Positions 13,501-26,000 are shown, counted from the first letter of the stretch. The stretch: DNA of 43,099 nucleotides from Intoshia linei (GCA_001642005.1 LWCA01000185.1:1-43099), one strand, 5' to 3'. A program made the numbers and translations. Notes: generated by a model from the sequence alone, not told the origin.

Positions 13501-14022
13501 AGCTGTTAAACCAACAATTCGCGGTTTGTTACAAGATTCATAATCTTTGATGTGTCGCATAATGTTCACTATACAATGATTCTTAATAGCCCGATGACAT
13601 TCATCAATTATTAACAAATTTATTCGGTCAAAAGTAATCATACCATGTTGAAATAATTCGAGTAATATTTGATATGTCATAACTAGAACTTCAAAATCTT
13701 GAAAAATAATATTCCATTGAGAAGGCGACCATACCTTTGAACCATAAGACCCTATCACCTCTTTAACACTTAAATTAGAAGATCGACGAATCACATTTGC
13801 TTGCTGATTTACTAGTGCAACTACAATATAATTATTTTTCAAAATTTAAATAGAACTTGAGTGGACAATGAAAAATGTTCGTTTCGCTACACCTTCCGAA
13901 TAAGAACCTTGTAACGACAAGGAAAATTCGTGGATTGCCATAATTGATATGTATGTTTTACCGGACCCAGGACTCAAAAATACTATTGAATTTTCATTTT
14001 TTATGTTTTGCAGCATATCCAC
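4597..14022 (-). CDS. DICER1: Dicer endoribonuclease (DExH helicase, DUF283/platform, PAZ, RNase IIIa, RNase IIIb, dsRBD); true start uncertain
   Basis: Exons 14022-13857, 13820-11860, 11815-11413, 9667-7732, 5427-5193, 5151-5031, 4990-4889, 4849-4774, 4735-4597. Motifs: PGSGKT, DECH, TAS, QSTGRAR; PAZ TPLSNFP...TFADYYEAKY; RIIIa ERYEMLGDSFLK...KNLSDSFEAIIG; RIIIb QRLEYLGDAVLD...KPLGDIFESLAG; dsRBD PKSPIRLLHE...GTGNNAQWAKHNAARKAI. First in-frame ATG at 14016; no upstream coding exon identified. Confidence 0.96.
5638..7174. mobile_element. Non-autonomous TIR DNA element in a Dicer intron
   Basis: TCGCAGTGTTAGAGTTATGTTCTATCTGCA at 5638 and its inverted copy TGCAGATAGAACATTATAACTCTAACACTGCGA ending at 7174; TA on both flanks. 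Confidence 0.8.
5779..6693 (+). mobile_element. pogo/Tigger transposon remnant nested in the element above
   Basis: TA-flanked degenerate TIRs (CAGTGGTTTCTGTTCAATATGAAT / ATTTATATTGTACAGAAAACTAAG). Coding relics MALEIASLLNLNDFKASTG and YRNDNIFNCDET match the CENP-B HTH and the first catalytic D region. Confidence 0.8.
7177..7296. mobile_element. About 120-bp MITE
   Basis: TGTTACCGTC ... GACGGTAACA inverted termini with TA flanks. Confidence 0.6.
9865..10062. mobile_element. pogo/Tc1-type MITE in a Dicer intron
   Basis: TA|TAGTGAAACCCCT ... AGAGGTTTCACTG|TA imperfect TIRs. Confidence 0.6.
10595..11130. repeat. hAT-like non-autonomous element (copy 1, left end present)
   Basis: Begins CAGAGCCGTTTTAA. 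Region 10820-11130 closely matches 29787-30052, whose end TTAAGACGGCTCTG is the complementary TIR. Confidence 0.7.
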
Positions 14023-14289
14023 CTAATTTTATTTATTTTAATTTATTCATTTAATCTTAATTGTTTTGGGGAGATAAGCCCACCAGTCATTACGGCTTTA
14101 AACCGTAATTATCATTTTTTATTGGTTTAAAATTTAAACCAATTTAATTTAATTTAAAATTTACAATACTTCAAATAAACTAAACCTGTTTAAATTTTAA
14201 ATTGGTTTTAAATAGTGCTTCTCAAAATAGTCCATGTGGACCCCAGGGGTTCACGGCTAAATTAATGTATTATTTAAGGAATTAATTTA

Positions 14290-15010
14290 ATATTATTAAG
14301 GAGAAAACACCACTAAATCCAACTCCAAAAGAGAAAATCCAAACATACCATAGCCTTAAGGAATAATTCACTTCATAATATTTTTTTAAAAAATCCGTTT
14401 TTACCAAACATGACAAGAAAATACCTCTTAATCCAACCCTAAGAGAAAAAATCCAATTTTACCAGCCCTTATGGGAAAAATCCCTTTTTTCCAATATTTT
14501 TTTAAAAAATACAATTTTACCACATCAAACCACTTATTAACAATTCAACATAAATTAAATAGAAAAAACGTATGCCAATTATTACTAGCCAGACTAAATA
14601 ATAAACCGTTTTTATAAAACAGTGATATTTTATATATGAAAATATATGATATAAATAGCATTTAAAATCTGACATTGATACCTCTTTTGACAAATAAAAT
14701 GTAGTTTTTTTCAAAATGAAATTAAGAGGCTACCGGAACGTTTGAGAAGAATTGTTAAATGTAATGGAGAATATTTTGTAGAATAAAGGTTAATCAAAAT
14801 TGCTATTTTAGAAGTTTTCATTATAGTTATAAAAACGACATTACTTTGTGAATGACCTAATATGAATCATTGGATGTGAAACCGATAAAGGGCTTGAAAT
14901 GGTATTTTTTATTTAATGTTAAATTTAACGGTGGGATAAAAGTGAGATTTTTAGAATAATAATTTAGAGGTCGTCTATAGTTTGGGATAAAATCCCAACA
15001 TCTGGCAATT
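14290..15010. repeat. Dispersed TIR-element remnant with AAAATCC...CCCTTAAG subrepeats
   Basis: 14300-14520 resembles 30700-30890. 14890-15007 is the reverse complement of 30570-30690 (TTGCCAGATGTTG...ATCCCAAA). Confidence 0.6.
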
Positions 15011-15237
15011 ATGCAATAATGTATTTTACAAAAATAAAATAATTTTTTATGTTCGCTGGTAATAAAACCAGAAGTGATGATACTTACATGCATAAAATTT
15101 TTATACACAAATTGAATTACAAAATTATATTGTAGAAATTTTTCAAATTTTTTTCATATTTATACAAATCTATTTATCTATTCACTAATAGAATCGTTGC
15201 CATGCTAAATAATATCATAGTATACCTATGGTTAGTA

Positions 15238-15306
15238 CAGTATAACCTCCGTTATATTGTACTATATTAATAAAAATTAACCGGGCGAATAACGAACGTT
15301 ATACTG
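15238..15306. mobile_element. 69-bp mini-MITE (pogo-like ends)
   Basis: TA|CAGTATAACCTCCGTTAT ... ATAACGAACGTTATACTG|TA. Confidence 0.6.
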
Positions 15307-15574
15307 TACCAACAAATTTTCTAAATAAACAGTATATTTATAGCAAAAATAACTGGTGGATCTCATCTACACAAGTCCCAAATGTAACCTTAATTTGAGT
15401 GAATAAACATAAAAATTACTTGATATTGTCGGCATTCATAATCAGAATAATTTTTATCCAGGTTCATTTTAAAATAAAAAATATAAAATTTAAATTAAAT
15501 TAATTTCAAAGCGTACATATGTATCATAATTTAAATTGAAGTTAATTTTTTGTACATATAAATTTGCAATTTGA

Positions 15575-16027
15575 ATGGATATTCCAATAACTGGGTACAA
15601 CTTAAAGTTTAATAGTCAGCTGATTTTCTGAATTATTGTTGATATTTAAATTTTAAATGTCAATATTTATGTTTAATCTAGACGAAATCCAATCAAGGAA
15701 CATGTAATGTTTGAATTTCAAGGTTCGTTCAAATGTAGAAACAAAAATGATATGCTCGATGATAAAACAATTGGAGATTTAGTTATTAAACGTGATGATA
15801 ACATGGTTTTTATTTACAACGTCATATCTATAGTTTATTAGAATATTATTGACATTTTTTTGTTGTGTGGTCATGTCTTAATTAAAGGGAAATTAATTGA
15901 CTTGGAAAAACCTTTGATGATGATGAAAAAGAATGTATCGGAAACTGGGATACAGTATAATGTGGAACGATTAATTACCAAAAAAATTTTATTTGATTCT
16001 AGACCTACTCCTGTTTTTATAAAATAA
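15575..16027 (+). CDS. CTF8: Chromosome transmission fidelity protein 8
   Basis: Not in the ORF track. Exons 15575-15594, 15682-15805, 15842-16027 give MDIPITG...VMFEFQGSF...TIGDLVI...LLCGHVLIKGKLIDLEKPLMMMKK...YNVERLITKKILFDSRPTPVFIK*, matching the Ctf8 motifs ELQG, G.L..L.KP and K..F..RP.P. Confidence 0.92.
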
Positions 16028-16369
16028 ACTATTATTACAATTTAGTCCTCAATTTCAATGCATATCTGTATGTTTTGTACTACAAACAAACATAGCTAAC
16101 TCTTTAAAGGTGGGCGACGTCGACTGGGGGTTTCCATTGTTTAAAAAAATTTTATAATCGCTAGAATTCTATAAAAAATGAAATTTTAAAATAATTAAAA
16201 TAAACAGATAATTTTAAAGAAATTGACAAAATAAACAAGAAAATATTCTTAATTTAGCGGGTTTAAGATAAAGTGACCAGAAAAATACGTAATGTCACTT
16301 AGTTTATTTGGAATAAATTTTGAGCTGATTCACGACCCATATTTTGAGAACAATTGGCAGATGTATCCA

Positions 16370-16620
16370 GAGCCGAACCATCCAAGCTCGAGGTCACCGA
16401 AAGTGAAAAATGTTTCGCAAACCATGCGTTGTTATATAGAGTATCATGAGAGATATAAAGTCTCATGACTTATGACTTGAAATTTTAAATTTAATACAAA
16501 AGCTAGTTATGACATTCAACAACGTAATTTTTTTAAATGCTCAATTTGGAAAAATGAGGCGTTATTTTCAAAAAGTTTCGACGAGGTCCTGAAGAGAAGA
16601 TTGGGGTACGGTACCTCCTT
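16370..16620. repeat. Dispersed repeat family (other copies at about 22440-22620, 26205-26360 inverted, 33950-34000 inverted)
   Basis: Shared blocks CCGAAA(G/A)TGAAAAAT, CTTGA(A/T)ATTTTAAATTTAA, and TTTCGACGAGGTCC versus its reverse-complement variants. Confidence 0.6.
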
Positions 16621-16783
16621 TACTGGATGTATAATGTATTACATAAGATTGCTAAAAATATTCAAATTTAAATTTTGATATTTGATTAAAAAATAAAATA
16701 AATTTCAAAATATAAAATAAAAGTATATTTATTTTAACTAAATTTTCACAACGTACATTTGTATAAAAATCATTTGACAATCT

Positions 16784-18325
16784 ATGCAAGAAAACGATGA
16801 AATATTTTATTTCAATAATGAACAATTCCACAACATACCAATCTCAAAACCTTCTGATGGTATCCAAACGTATTTTTTTAATTTTATTGGTTAAATGCAG
16901 TTATAATTACATGGATATTTAAAGTCATTGTTAATGTCGGAAATTTAAAAATTGATTAAAAATTTGATGAATTGTGTGAAATTTTTTAATTCGATTTTTT
17001 GATTTTCTATTTTATTGTATATCAAAAATTCGTCACGATAAAAATTTTAATTTAATGAAAATTTGACAAAAAAAACTTTGGGTTAAATTAATGCAATCCA
17101 CAGAAAAATGCTGTATATGATTTAAAATTGAATTCTTTAATATGGAATTTGAAAGTACTGTCATAAAAAGCGGCCCACTGTTTTAGAGTTTAAAAACTTT
17201 ATTAGAGAGGAATTATTGGGACACAGAAAATTTTTAAACATGTCAAAAAGTATTAATTTTTTTAAATGGTTCTTTTCAATTACACGGTTCGCATTTTGAA
17301 AAACACCTAACATTGGTATATCACATCAAATAAAACTCAACTTCACGATCAAAAAGATCCATATATAACCGTCGGTTATGGTCGCTAAGATATTAAAAAC
17401 GAGTCTTGAACATTATTACTTATTTGTGATTTATGGCGTTAACGTTCACATGATTTATATATTTCAATATTATATTACATTAACTTATGTATTTATCAAA
17501 TTTGAATTAAAGCCAAAAAATATGTTGTTAATATATACATTTTTTTCCGTCTATGGGGGTAAAGTATCTGCTTTCAAATAATGACGATATTTGCAATCAC
17601 AATACATGTGTAAAATAAAAATATAATTGAACTTTATACAATAAACTAATTGATATTATTGTATGGAAAAATAACGAGTTACGTATGCGACGGTTTTAAA
17701 ATAATATTAATTTAAAACTATAATTGCAAATAATTATGACCTCGTCACACCTTAATATTTATACATTCAAATCAACATGAAATTATCAATTTAATGATAT
17801 CACACAAGTTTAGGTGTTTTTCAGAATGCGCACCGTGTTATTGTATTACTATATTAATATATGCATTACATTATTTTTTATTAGAAATCCGACAAATAAT
17901 TTTGTTTATTTGTACATGCTTGTATTTTTTACCAATATTGGAAAGCACATTGAATACGAACAAGAAAAAACGCACAGTTATGATTATAACAAAAGTAACG
18001 TTTATGTCAAATACCCAATAGTGTTTTCAGAACATTTTTATTTTGATAGCGTTTATAAGTTTTTCAAAAAATTTTATATTATTTTTTATTTTTTTTGTCT
18101 TCTCTTAATCTATCTTTCTTGTGTTCTAAGACAATGTCTAAAGGAGTCAATTATATAGATTTCCACCCATATCTCTTTATTTGAAATGTGTAGACGTTTA
18201 ATGCACTTTTTTTGAATTGTAGGATGAATATTTACATTTTTAAGTTTTATCCAAACATTTGAAAAAAATATTGGTTGATAATATATTAAAAATTATTTTT
18301 CACCGGGAATGCGTAGATTTCTCGG
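16784..18325 (+). CDS. Putative coding exons of unknown function; possibly a 5' extension of the BCL2L13-like gene
   Basis: Open segments bounded by GT/AG (MQENDEIFYFNNEQFHNIPISKPSD; the 17814-18050 ORF; ISTHISLFEMCR; LSKHLKKILVDNILKIIFHRECVDFS). The last ends in phase 1, matching the exon at 19127. No recognisable motif, and the full structure is unresolved. Confidence 0.35.
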
Positions 18326-19126
18326 GTGAAATTTTGTATTTATATCAACTGGAATAAGCTGTATCAGAATAATCAATTTTTTTATTTGTAAGACCGTTAA
18401 TTATTTCAATTTTTTTGGTTTAATAAAATATCTTAGAAATAAAAAAGTGTATACTAACGTGCTATTTTGACGGTGAAGGTGTCACTTGTTCAGATTTAAA
18501 TTTTTTATGTGTGTTAGCTGGGTATAACTGTATCATTTGTATTGTTTTTAAAAATTTTAGGGATGTTTTCATTTTTAAAAAAAAGGTAATCTGTGGTTTT
18601 TATCGTGAAAATTCACTTTTTTGAGATTGCTATTTATGATAATTTTTATGATTTTAAAAACTCCGGAATTGATGTTTTATAAAATTTTAGGATATATTTT
18701 ATTTTAAAAAAAAAAGGTAATTTGGGATTTTGACCATGAAGGTGTTTTTGAGTCTTAGTCGTAGGTCTTACGACAATGTTAATGATTTTAAACGCATCCC
18801 AGAATTTATATTTTATTACATTTTTTGGCTGATTTAATTTTTAAATAAATTAACAAATTGGATTTTTGACCCTGAAAGATTCAAATGCGGAATCTACAAA
18901 ATAAATATCAACATCTCTGCAAAAAACTGTATTAGAAAGTGGGTTATTTAAATCCTACGACTGTTAATTTTTTTAAATATACGGTAACACACACAGACCT
19001 AAATTTTATATAAGTGAAGGATATGTTTTTTTCTCGCGTAACCGTATTGGAGTCAGAAACCCCTTTGAAATATAAAATATATAATTTTTATATTGTTTAT
19101 TATCTTAAATTACGTTCCGTATTTAG

Positions 19127-20479
19127 TGGAGCCTAAACAATTGCAAAGTGGTATAGAATCTAATGAAATGGTATGTTTAATATTTGAATTTTTTTTATAT
19201 TTTTGATCAGATATTAAAACTGAATCAACGTTGTTTTTCAAGTTATAAAACTAATAAATACATCGGGATTTCGAATTTTCTATCATATGTGGGCGCGCAT
19301 ATTATTTATTTAATCTGCTGTTGCCAAACCTTTTTCGTTATGGATCCCCAATTTCAGAATATAAATCCAAATAATCATAAATATAATATTTTACGTGACT
19401 CATCCTCCAATAATTTCAAAATTTTCCATGTTTATGTGAAACAAAATTAGAAATTTTCATAAAACTATATTATAAATAGATTCTAAGAAAAATACACAAA
19501 TCTCTTGCAACTTTGAACGCTCAATTTTGTTTCAATAATAACAGTGGAAATGTAATTTTTTCAGTCCCGTATCTAAAAACGATACCTCCATTTAAAAACC
19601 ACATTTATCACGCAATCTCATCAAACAATGGCATGCGAAAAACAGTCGAGAACATTTACATCCTAGCCGAAAAATTTACATACCCTAAGTTTATAGATCA
19701 ATTAGATTTTACCATTGGTCTAGCAATGCAGCAATTACGGAATTCTAACAGTAGCGGTAACGCCAAATTAAAATATAACAATTTCAGTAATATATTCGAA
19801 ATTGAATTTATAAAAAAGAACAAGGTGACTGGTGGAATGAACATGGTTATTATTAATTTTAAAAATTATATTAAAAATTTAGATACTACTAATTTTGTTA
19901 TACGGGTGCGGGTTAAGCCATGAAATCTTGATGGATAAATATACTCATTGTCAAACTGTTCGAATTGCCAATTTTACTACATATTTATTGGAATCCTTAA
20001 ATTGTAAAAAACTATTTTATTCATTAATCACAAATATGGGCGACCAAGCAGTTTCCGATTTTGTTGAGGTTTCAAAAATGGAGGTACGTTAATTAAATCA
20101 TTTTAAACATTAAACGTTATATATTAGGGTGAAATTGAACCAGAGCCTTTTGATTTAGAAATACTTGGAGCATTAGAAACAAGCGATGAATTTACTGGTA
20201 AATTGGACTGGCTTCAGCTGCTTGCATTTTGATGCTTTTTCTTTTGATATTCTATAAGCTATTTTAGAATCGAAAGATTCTTGTATAGTTTATCTCTCAT
20301 CTATACTAAAATTTGAATATCCTTACGGAAATGCAGTCAATAATGAAAACGATAATTCTATTTGCCGACCAGTTAATGGATCTCAAACTAAACTACACAA
20401 AATATTTTTTGTGTTTTCCATCGGCCTTTTGGGCGGATTTTTATTTTCCAAATTCCTTAATTACAAAAAAGGAATTTAA
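19127..20479 (+). CDS. Divergent Bcl-2-family tail-anchored protein, BCL2L13/Bcl-rambo-like (5' end uncertain)
   Basis: Exons 19127-19170, 19211-19429, 19480-19845, 19883-20083, 20128-20197, 20268-20479 splice in frame. FSSYKTNKYIGISNFLSYVG resembles Bcl-rambo FHYETKYVVLSYLG. YNNFSNIF...GGMNMILLILLYGCGLSHE...VRIANFTTYL resembles Bcl-2 helices 4-6. C-terminal TM IFFVFSIGLLGGFLFSKFL is followed by NYKKGI*. Confidence 0.68.
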
Positions 20480-20500
20480 CGTTTTTATTGTGTACATTAT

Positions 20501-20845
20501 TTATTTTTTCAAAAAAAAAATCTTTTTGTCCACATTTGTTTTTTTATCATTAGAAATTATCCTATCTATTTTGTTGTTTAATTTTATCATTGTCATTTCC
20601 TGGTTATGTGGTGATTTTGGTGTGCTACACGGCGCATTCGGATAGATAATGGAATGGATCTTTGATACATTTATATCTTGTTTGCATTTGTCTCTCTTTT
20701 TGCATAATACTGCTCGATTTGGAATTCCATATTTCCGATATTTCAACTTTTCTATAATATTTCTAGATCCATATAAGCCTTCTATCGGAAACTCGGGTCG
20801 TAGTTGGATATTAATTATTTTGTATTTTTTCAATATTTGTTTCAT
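20501..20845 (-). CDS. Hypothetical basic 114-aa protein, single exon
   Basis: ATG-initiated 345-nt ORF filling almost the whole gap between two genes in very AT-rich DNA; no motif recognised. Confidence 0.5.
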   Translation of the reverse strand: MKQILKKYKIINIQLRPEFPIEGLYGSRNIIEKLKYRKYGIPNRAVLCKKRDKCKQDINVSKIHSIIYPNAPCSTPKSPHNQEMTMIKLNNKIDRIISNDKKTNVDKKIFFLKK

Positions 20846-20932
20846 TAGATTAATTGGAACAATTTGTTAAATTGTCAAAATAATAATCAGTTTCGCTTTT
20901 AATTGTTTATTGAGTACAGAATTTAGTTTAAG

Positions 20933-21599
20933 TTATTCCTGCAAATAATCACACAAGTTTTTGAAAGCTTTGTATCTGTGGGACATGTTGTTTTTTTCAT
21001 TCTCGTTCATTTCAGCGTATGTTTTCTCGCAAAAGTCGGGTTTAAAGATTGGATCCCATCCAAACGTTATTTTGCCTCGAGGTTCCACTATTTTACCATT
21101 TGTAGTTCCAACAAATAGCATAATCTTTCCTTTATTTTGTCTATTGTCCATGAAACCTAGTGTACATTTCACTTCGGCCGATTTGTCTTCAAACCCGTTT
21201 AATAATTTCGGTAGGTCTAAACATGTTTGAATAGATTATAATATATTTTTATAGTTTACCGTCAACGCCCAATTTTTTCAAAAAATCTCGAATGTACACT
21301 CCAGGTAGGCCGCCCAAAGCTTTAAAACCAAGACATGAATCTTCAATCAGTATGCTCGGTGTATCGTCACCATAATCAGTTTTTATTTCCTTGTAGGCCC
21401 TTTTTAATTTGTCTATGGCCACTTCGTCGGATGTACCTTGTATTTCGACCAAATCAATCTTAATTCTGTCAAAGAATATCTAATAATGTCAGTAAATTAG
21501 CAAATTAATTATTACATTCTTATTTGTAACAAGAGACTTTACAATATCTTCTGCCTCTTGATATTTGTTTTCGTTTGAAGTAACGAACAGTATTTTCAT
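20933..21599 (-). CDS. ITPA: Inosine triphosphate pyrophosphatase (HAM1 family)
   Basis: Three exons: MKILFVTSNENK...; IDLVEIQG...IEDSCLGFKALGGLPGVYIR; ...PRGKITFGWDPIFKP...TYAEM...KNNMSHRYKA. Confidence 0.96.
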
Positions 21600-22189
21600 A
21601 GATTTAATATTTAAATTATGTAATTATTTATTTTGTTTATTAGTAATGTCACCTTGTTTTCTGTATATTAGTCTCTACAGTTTCTAGCAATATGGTAAAG
21701 TGGTTTCTGTCCTAATTAATATCGAGGGATTGGATATTTGAGGTATTCATAATAAAATATTTTGTTAGTATAAACTTTACAAATAAATCCTGAATTAAGC
21801 TAAAAGTTCATACATTTCAATTCCCAAGATAATCGTGTTACAACCAAAAACAACTTATGGTTTAACTTAATGGATAATCTTCGCTATTCGTTTCCTTTTT
21901 TAAAATTTTGATTTAATATCTGAAACAGTTGACGATGGCAGACATCACTTTCAGTCAAATATTTGTTAGTGTATTTTGACATAAAAATTTTTTTTTTGAT
22001 CGTAAGAAAATTATTTTTTATTTTTTTAGGCCTAAAATAAAATGTATACGAATTTAAAGCTTTTAGTTTGAACAGAAAAAGCAACAATATATTATAATTA
22101 TAATCCTGGTAATTGTAAGATAAATTTTAACAAAATTTTTGTACTTCAGAAAAATTAACAGTTCGTATATAGAAATGGCTTGTATTTAT

Positions 22190-22356
22190 AGCGTCAGTAT
22201 TTTAATCGTAAAGTGCCAGTATTTTAAATAATTTGTCAGTAAAAAAAATTATTTTGTCATTACTTAACTTAAAAAAACTGACAAATATGTAATTGAATAC
22301 TGACAAAGTATATTTTAATATTTATACTGAAGATTTTTTATTAAAATACTGACAGT
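22190..22356. repeat. Foldback-like element of short inverted subrepeats
   Basis: Three to four GTCAGTA(T/A) units facing four (A/T)ACTGAC/ACTGAA units. Confidence 0.55.
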
Positions 22357-23035
22357 TTCGGTAATTAAATACTTCCCTATAGAAATTAAATCATATTATA
22401 AAAAGAATACAATATAAACAATTTATGGAAATTTTGAGAGCCTAAGCTAGCGGACCACCCGAAAATGAAAAATATCATTGAGATCCGTAGTACCATGCAG
22501 TCACTAGCTAGTAGCTACCCATCCATGGCTCTTGATTTGATATTTAACACAGAATACTCATGATATTCAAGAATATAATTTTTTTAATGTCCAGTTTGAA
22601 ATGATGAGGTCTCATTTTACAAAAAACACTTAACATTTGCTGAGACACACTAGTGCGCTAAGGTACAACTTTTGAGAAACACTAACCTAATTAGATTTCA
22701 AGTTTACTACTTTCATAAACTCCCAATCATAACATTGATATATGTATTAACTATTTGATAAAAATATCTTTGTGAATGGTTGACGTAAAAGTGTTAGATG
22801 TAAATAAATAATTACAAATTGACGAGTCACAAAGATGAATTAATCTTTTCAAATTAAAAATGATGAATTAGCGAGCCTTTGTTATCGGTTCTAGTGCTTC
22901 AAAAAGTAAAACCGCAAAAGAAATGAATGCACCACAATAATTGGAAATATAAAATGACGAACAAAATTGACAGATGGCAATACATGTAGTATAAATTTAA
23001 TAAAAATCAGGTACAATAAATAATGTATTTACTAT

Positions 23036-26000
23036 TTATAAATAAAGACTAGCCGCAAAAACAATATCCTTTTTAATGAGTTCAATAGCTTTAGTAAATT
23101 TAGTTTCAAGGTCTGTTTGTTCAATCGTTTTAGCTGCTAGAGAAAGTTCACGCAAACACTCTTCGAGTCTTCGCATGGTTTTGATAATTGTACCTTCATA
23201 AATATCAGATTTTTCAAGTATACTCTTAAAAGATGCTCCATTACACCAATCATACACAATATTAATCATGTGAGGGTTAATAGATTTCAGGTATTTATTT
23301 TCATCAAAATCACGGATTTGGCATTCTTTGTTAGTCTCTGAAACTAATTTAGCTGTTTCAAATATTTTTATGTAATGAGACTGAAGAGATGCATGTAGCC
23401 TTAAAGGCATATTAGATTTTTCCTGAAAAACAAAGCATGAAGCCAATGCAGCAATTTGAGTAGGTTCCAAATCGTTAAAAAATTTATCAAATATTAACTC
23501 TGTCAACAAAATTGGATCAGCAGAAGCAATGTTACAACCTACTTTTCCTTTAGGTTCAATGATGCCATCATTATTGATAAACTGCATACGTTTCAGTAAA
23601 CTCTTTCGACACTTTAATTGGTCAATCAAGAGAATTTTTTTTTTGCTCTTAATATCTTCCTTTATTACTTTCAACTCATCCAACATTTTCAAAGAATCCA
23701 AAAATGCATTATATTCTTTTTCACACGCTTTATTCTTGTGAATTTGACTCCTTGTTAGTCGTTCTTCAAATTTCACAACATTTTCAACATAAGTCTTTAA
23801 TTTAGAGTGAGTAATACCCATATCTGATACTGGATCCAATAGTGGCAATCCATCAGGAAACTTTTGTATTATGCTTTGTAAATCTTGATATATTTTTTTT
23901 CTGTCCTGGCTTTGTGTTAAATTGTTCAAAAAGTACATTCTTATAGAGCTGAGTCTTGCAATTGTTTCAAGGGCGATGGACAACACAATAATATTGACTG
24001 AAGAAATAGATTTAGGAGGACATAATTGTTTCACATGCATATTTGGGGTGCAAGAAGAATCTATATTGACCAAACAATCTACAACATACTCATCTGTATT
24101 TTTAGTCTCATTCCCATTATTATGGAAACCTATCACAACACCCCAACCAAAATCGGTTTTATTATTTATAATTCTAATTATTCTACCTTTCTGCAAAAAA
24201 GGTATTATGTGTTCCGGTTTGTTTATTATATCTCGGATTTTTTTTTCATAAAAATCTATATTCTTTCTAATTTTATAATATTGTTTGTATTCACTCAAAT
24301 TTGTGAAACTGAGTGCATCATATTTTATTTTCAATTTTTGAAATTTATCGACCAATAGAGGAATGGATTTGTAGTTTTGAAATTGATAAAACGTACGTTG
24401 TAATAAAAAGTTTACATTCGAAGAAGACACACGAATCATATTTAAAATCATTGTATAAGAAAGGTAAAATGAGCTGTTGAGAGGGTCGGCCTTTCCTGTT
24501 AGCATCCTAAATCCTTCCTCCTTGTCCATCTTTTTATTAAGCATTACAATTACGATTCCTTTTTTGTCAATTGATCTACGACCAGCTCTACCAGACATTT
24601 GAATAAATTCTCCACTGTGCAATGTTCTTGAAAAAACTCCATCAAATTTTTGAGTATCTGAAAATAAAACGGTTCGAGCCGGCATATTAACACCCATTGC
24701 AAACGTTTCTGTGGCAAAAAGAGCTTTAACTAATCCTTCCGAAAAAAGTATTTCCACAGTTTCTTTTAAAATAGGCAATAAACCCGAATGGTGAATTCCA
24801 ATTCCACGCTTCAAAAGTGATAACAGATTAGTCACTTGAACTAAATTTTTATCTTCATCCGATAATGTGTCGATAGCATTATTGAATATTTCTACAACAG
24901 TATCTCGATCGTCAGAATCGTTAAAATTAAATTCACTGATTTGTAACGCATAATCTTCGCACAGTTTTCGAGAAAATGTAAAAACGATTACGGGAGCCAT
25001 GTCTCTTCCCATGATCATCTTAAACAGCCTTTTAAAGTCGCTTTGAACATTTCTTTTTGCGGTTGAACTTTCTAATTTTCGAAACACAGCATCGTAAGTG
25101 TCTCTTATAAACTCGTCGTCCTCTTTAACAACTAAATGGATTCCTGTATCTCCACTAACATAAACGTATTTTTGCAAAGGAATTGGTCTATAATCTGTAT
25201 AAACTAAATTACATGGGTGTTCGTGAATGTTGCATATCCAATCTGCAAATTCATCGCCATTTGAAATTGTGGCCGATAAGAAAACGAACCTAACCTGCTT
25301 TGGTAGAAGTGCAATCGATTCTTCCCATACAATACCGCGTTCTGGGTCTCTCATGTAATGAATTTCATCAAAAATTAACCATTTTACTTGTTTCACAATT
25401 TCAGCTCCTCTATAAATCATGCTTTTTAAAATTTCTGTTGTCATAACCAAACAATTTGCGTTAGAATTAATTGTTACATCTCCCGTCATTAAGCCAACAT
25501 CTTCAAACTCGTCATACAATTCCCTGTACTTTTGATTACTGAGAGCTTTGATAGGAGAGGTGTAAATGACTCTTTGTTTGTTCTGTAAGCAAACTGCAAT
25601 AGCATAAAGTGCTACAGCAGTTTTACCGGAAGATGTGTGTGAAGCAACCAAAACGGACTGATCGTTTGCAACACAATTTATGGCAGACCTTTGAAAAGGA
25701 TCCAATGTAAACGAGAATTCTTTTGCTCTCTTGAAATTGACGTTTAACGGTTTAAATATTTTCTTCGCAGGATAGTATACCTATAATAAAAATATAACAT
25801 TATACAATTCAAAATTACCTCATGAGTACAACCCGGATCGGTTTTTATTACGTGCCTTATATTACATTTTGAGTCATCACAAATATACCTAATATAAACA
25901 TTAATTATACGATTATTTATTTGTCAAAATTACTCTTCACAAATGTCATCCGAAATTTGATTACATTTCATTTCAATCAATTCCTTAATGTTTTCCAGGT

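Noticed and set aside
18430-18960. Regularly spaced repeats suggestive of a CRISPR array
   Set aside because: Degenerate units of about 120 bp without unique spacers, belonging to a dispersed TE family; eukaryotic context and no cas genes.
20198-20233. Read-through DWLQL as the LIR motif of the Bcl-2-like protein
   Set aside because: Lies in the inferred intron; read-through stops before the transmembrane anchor.
23529-24358. Plus-strand ORFs overlapping MTR4 (likewise 7887-8078, 20649-20870, 20961-21230, 34885-35148)
   Set aside because: Antisense shadows of real coding regions, with no motifs.
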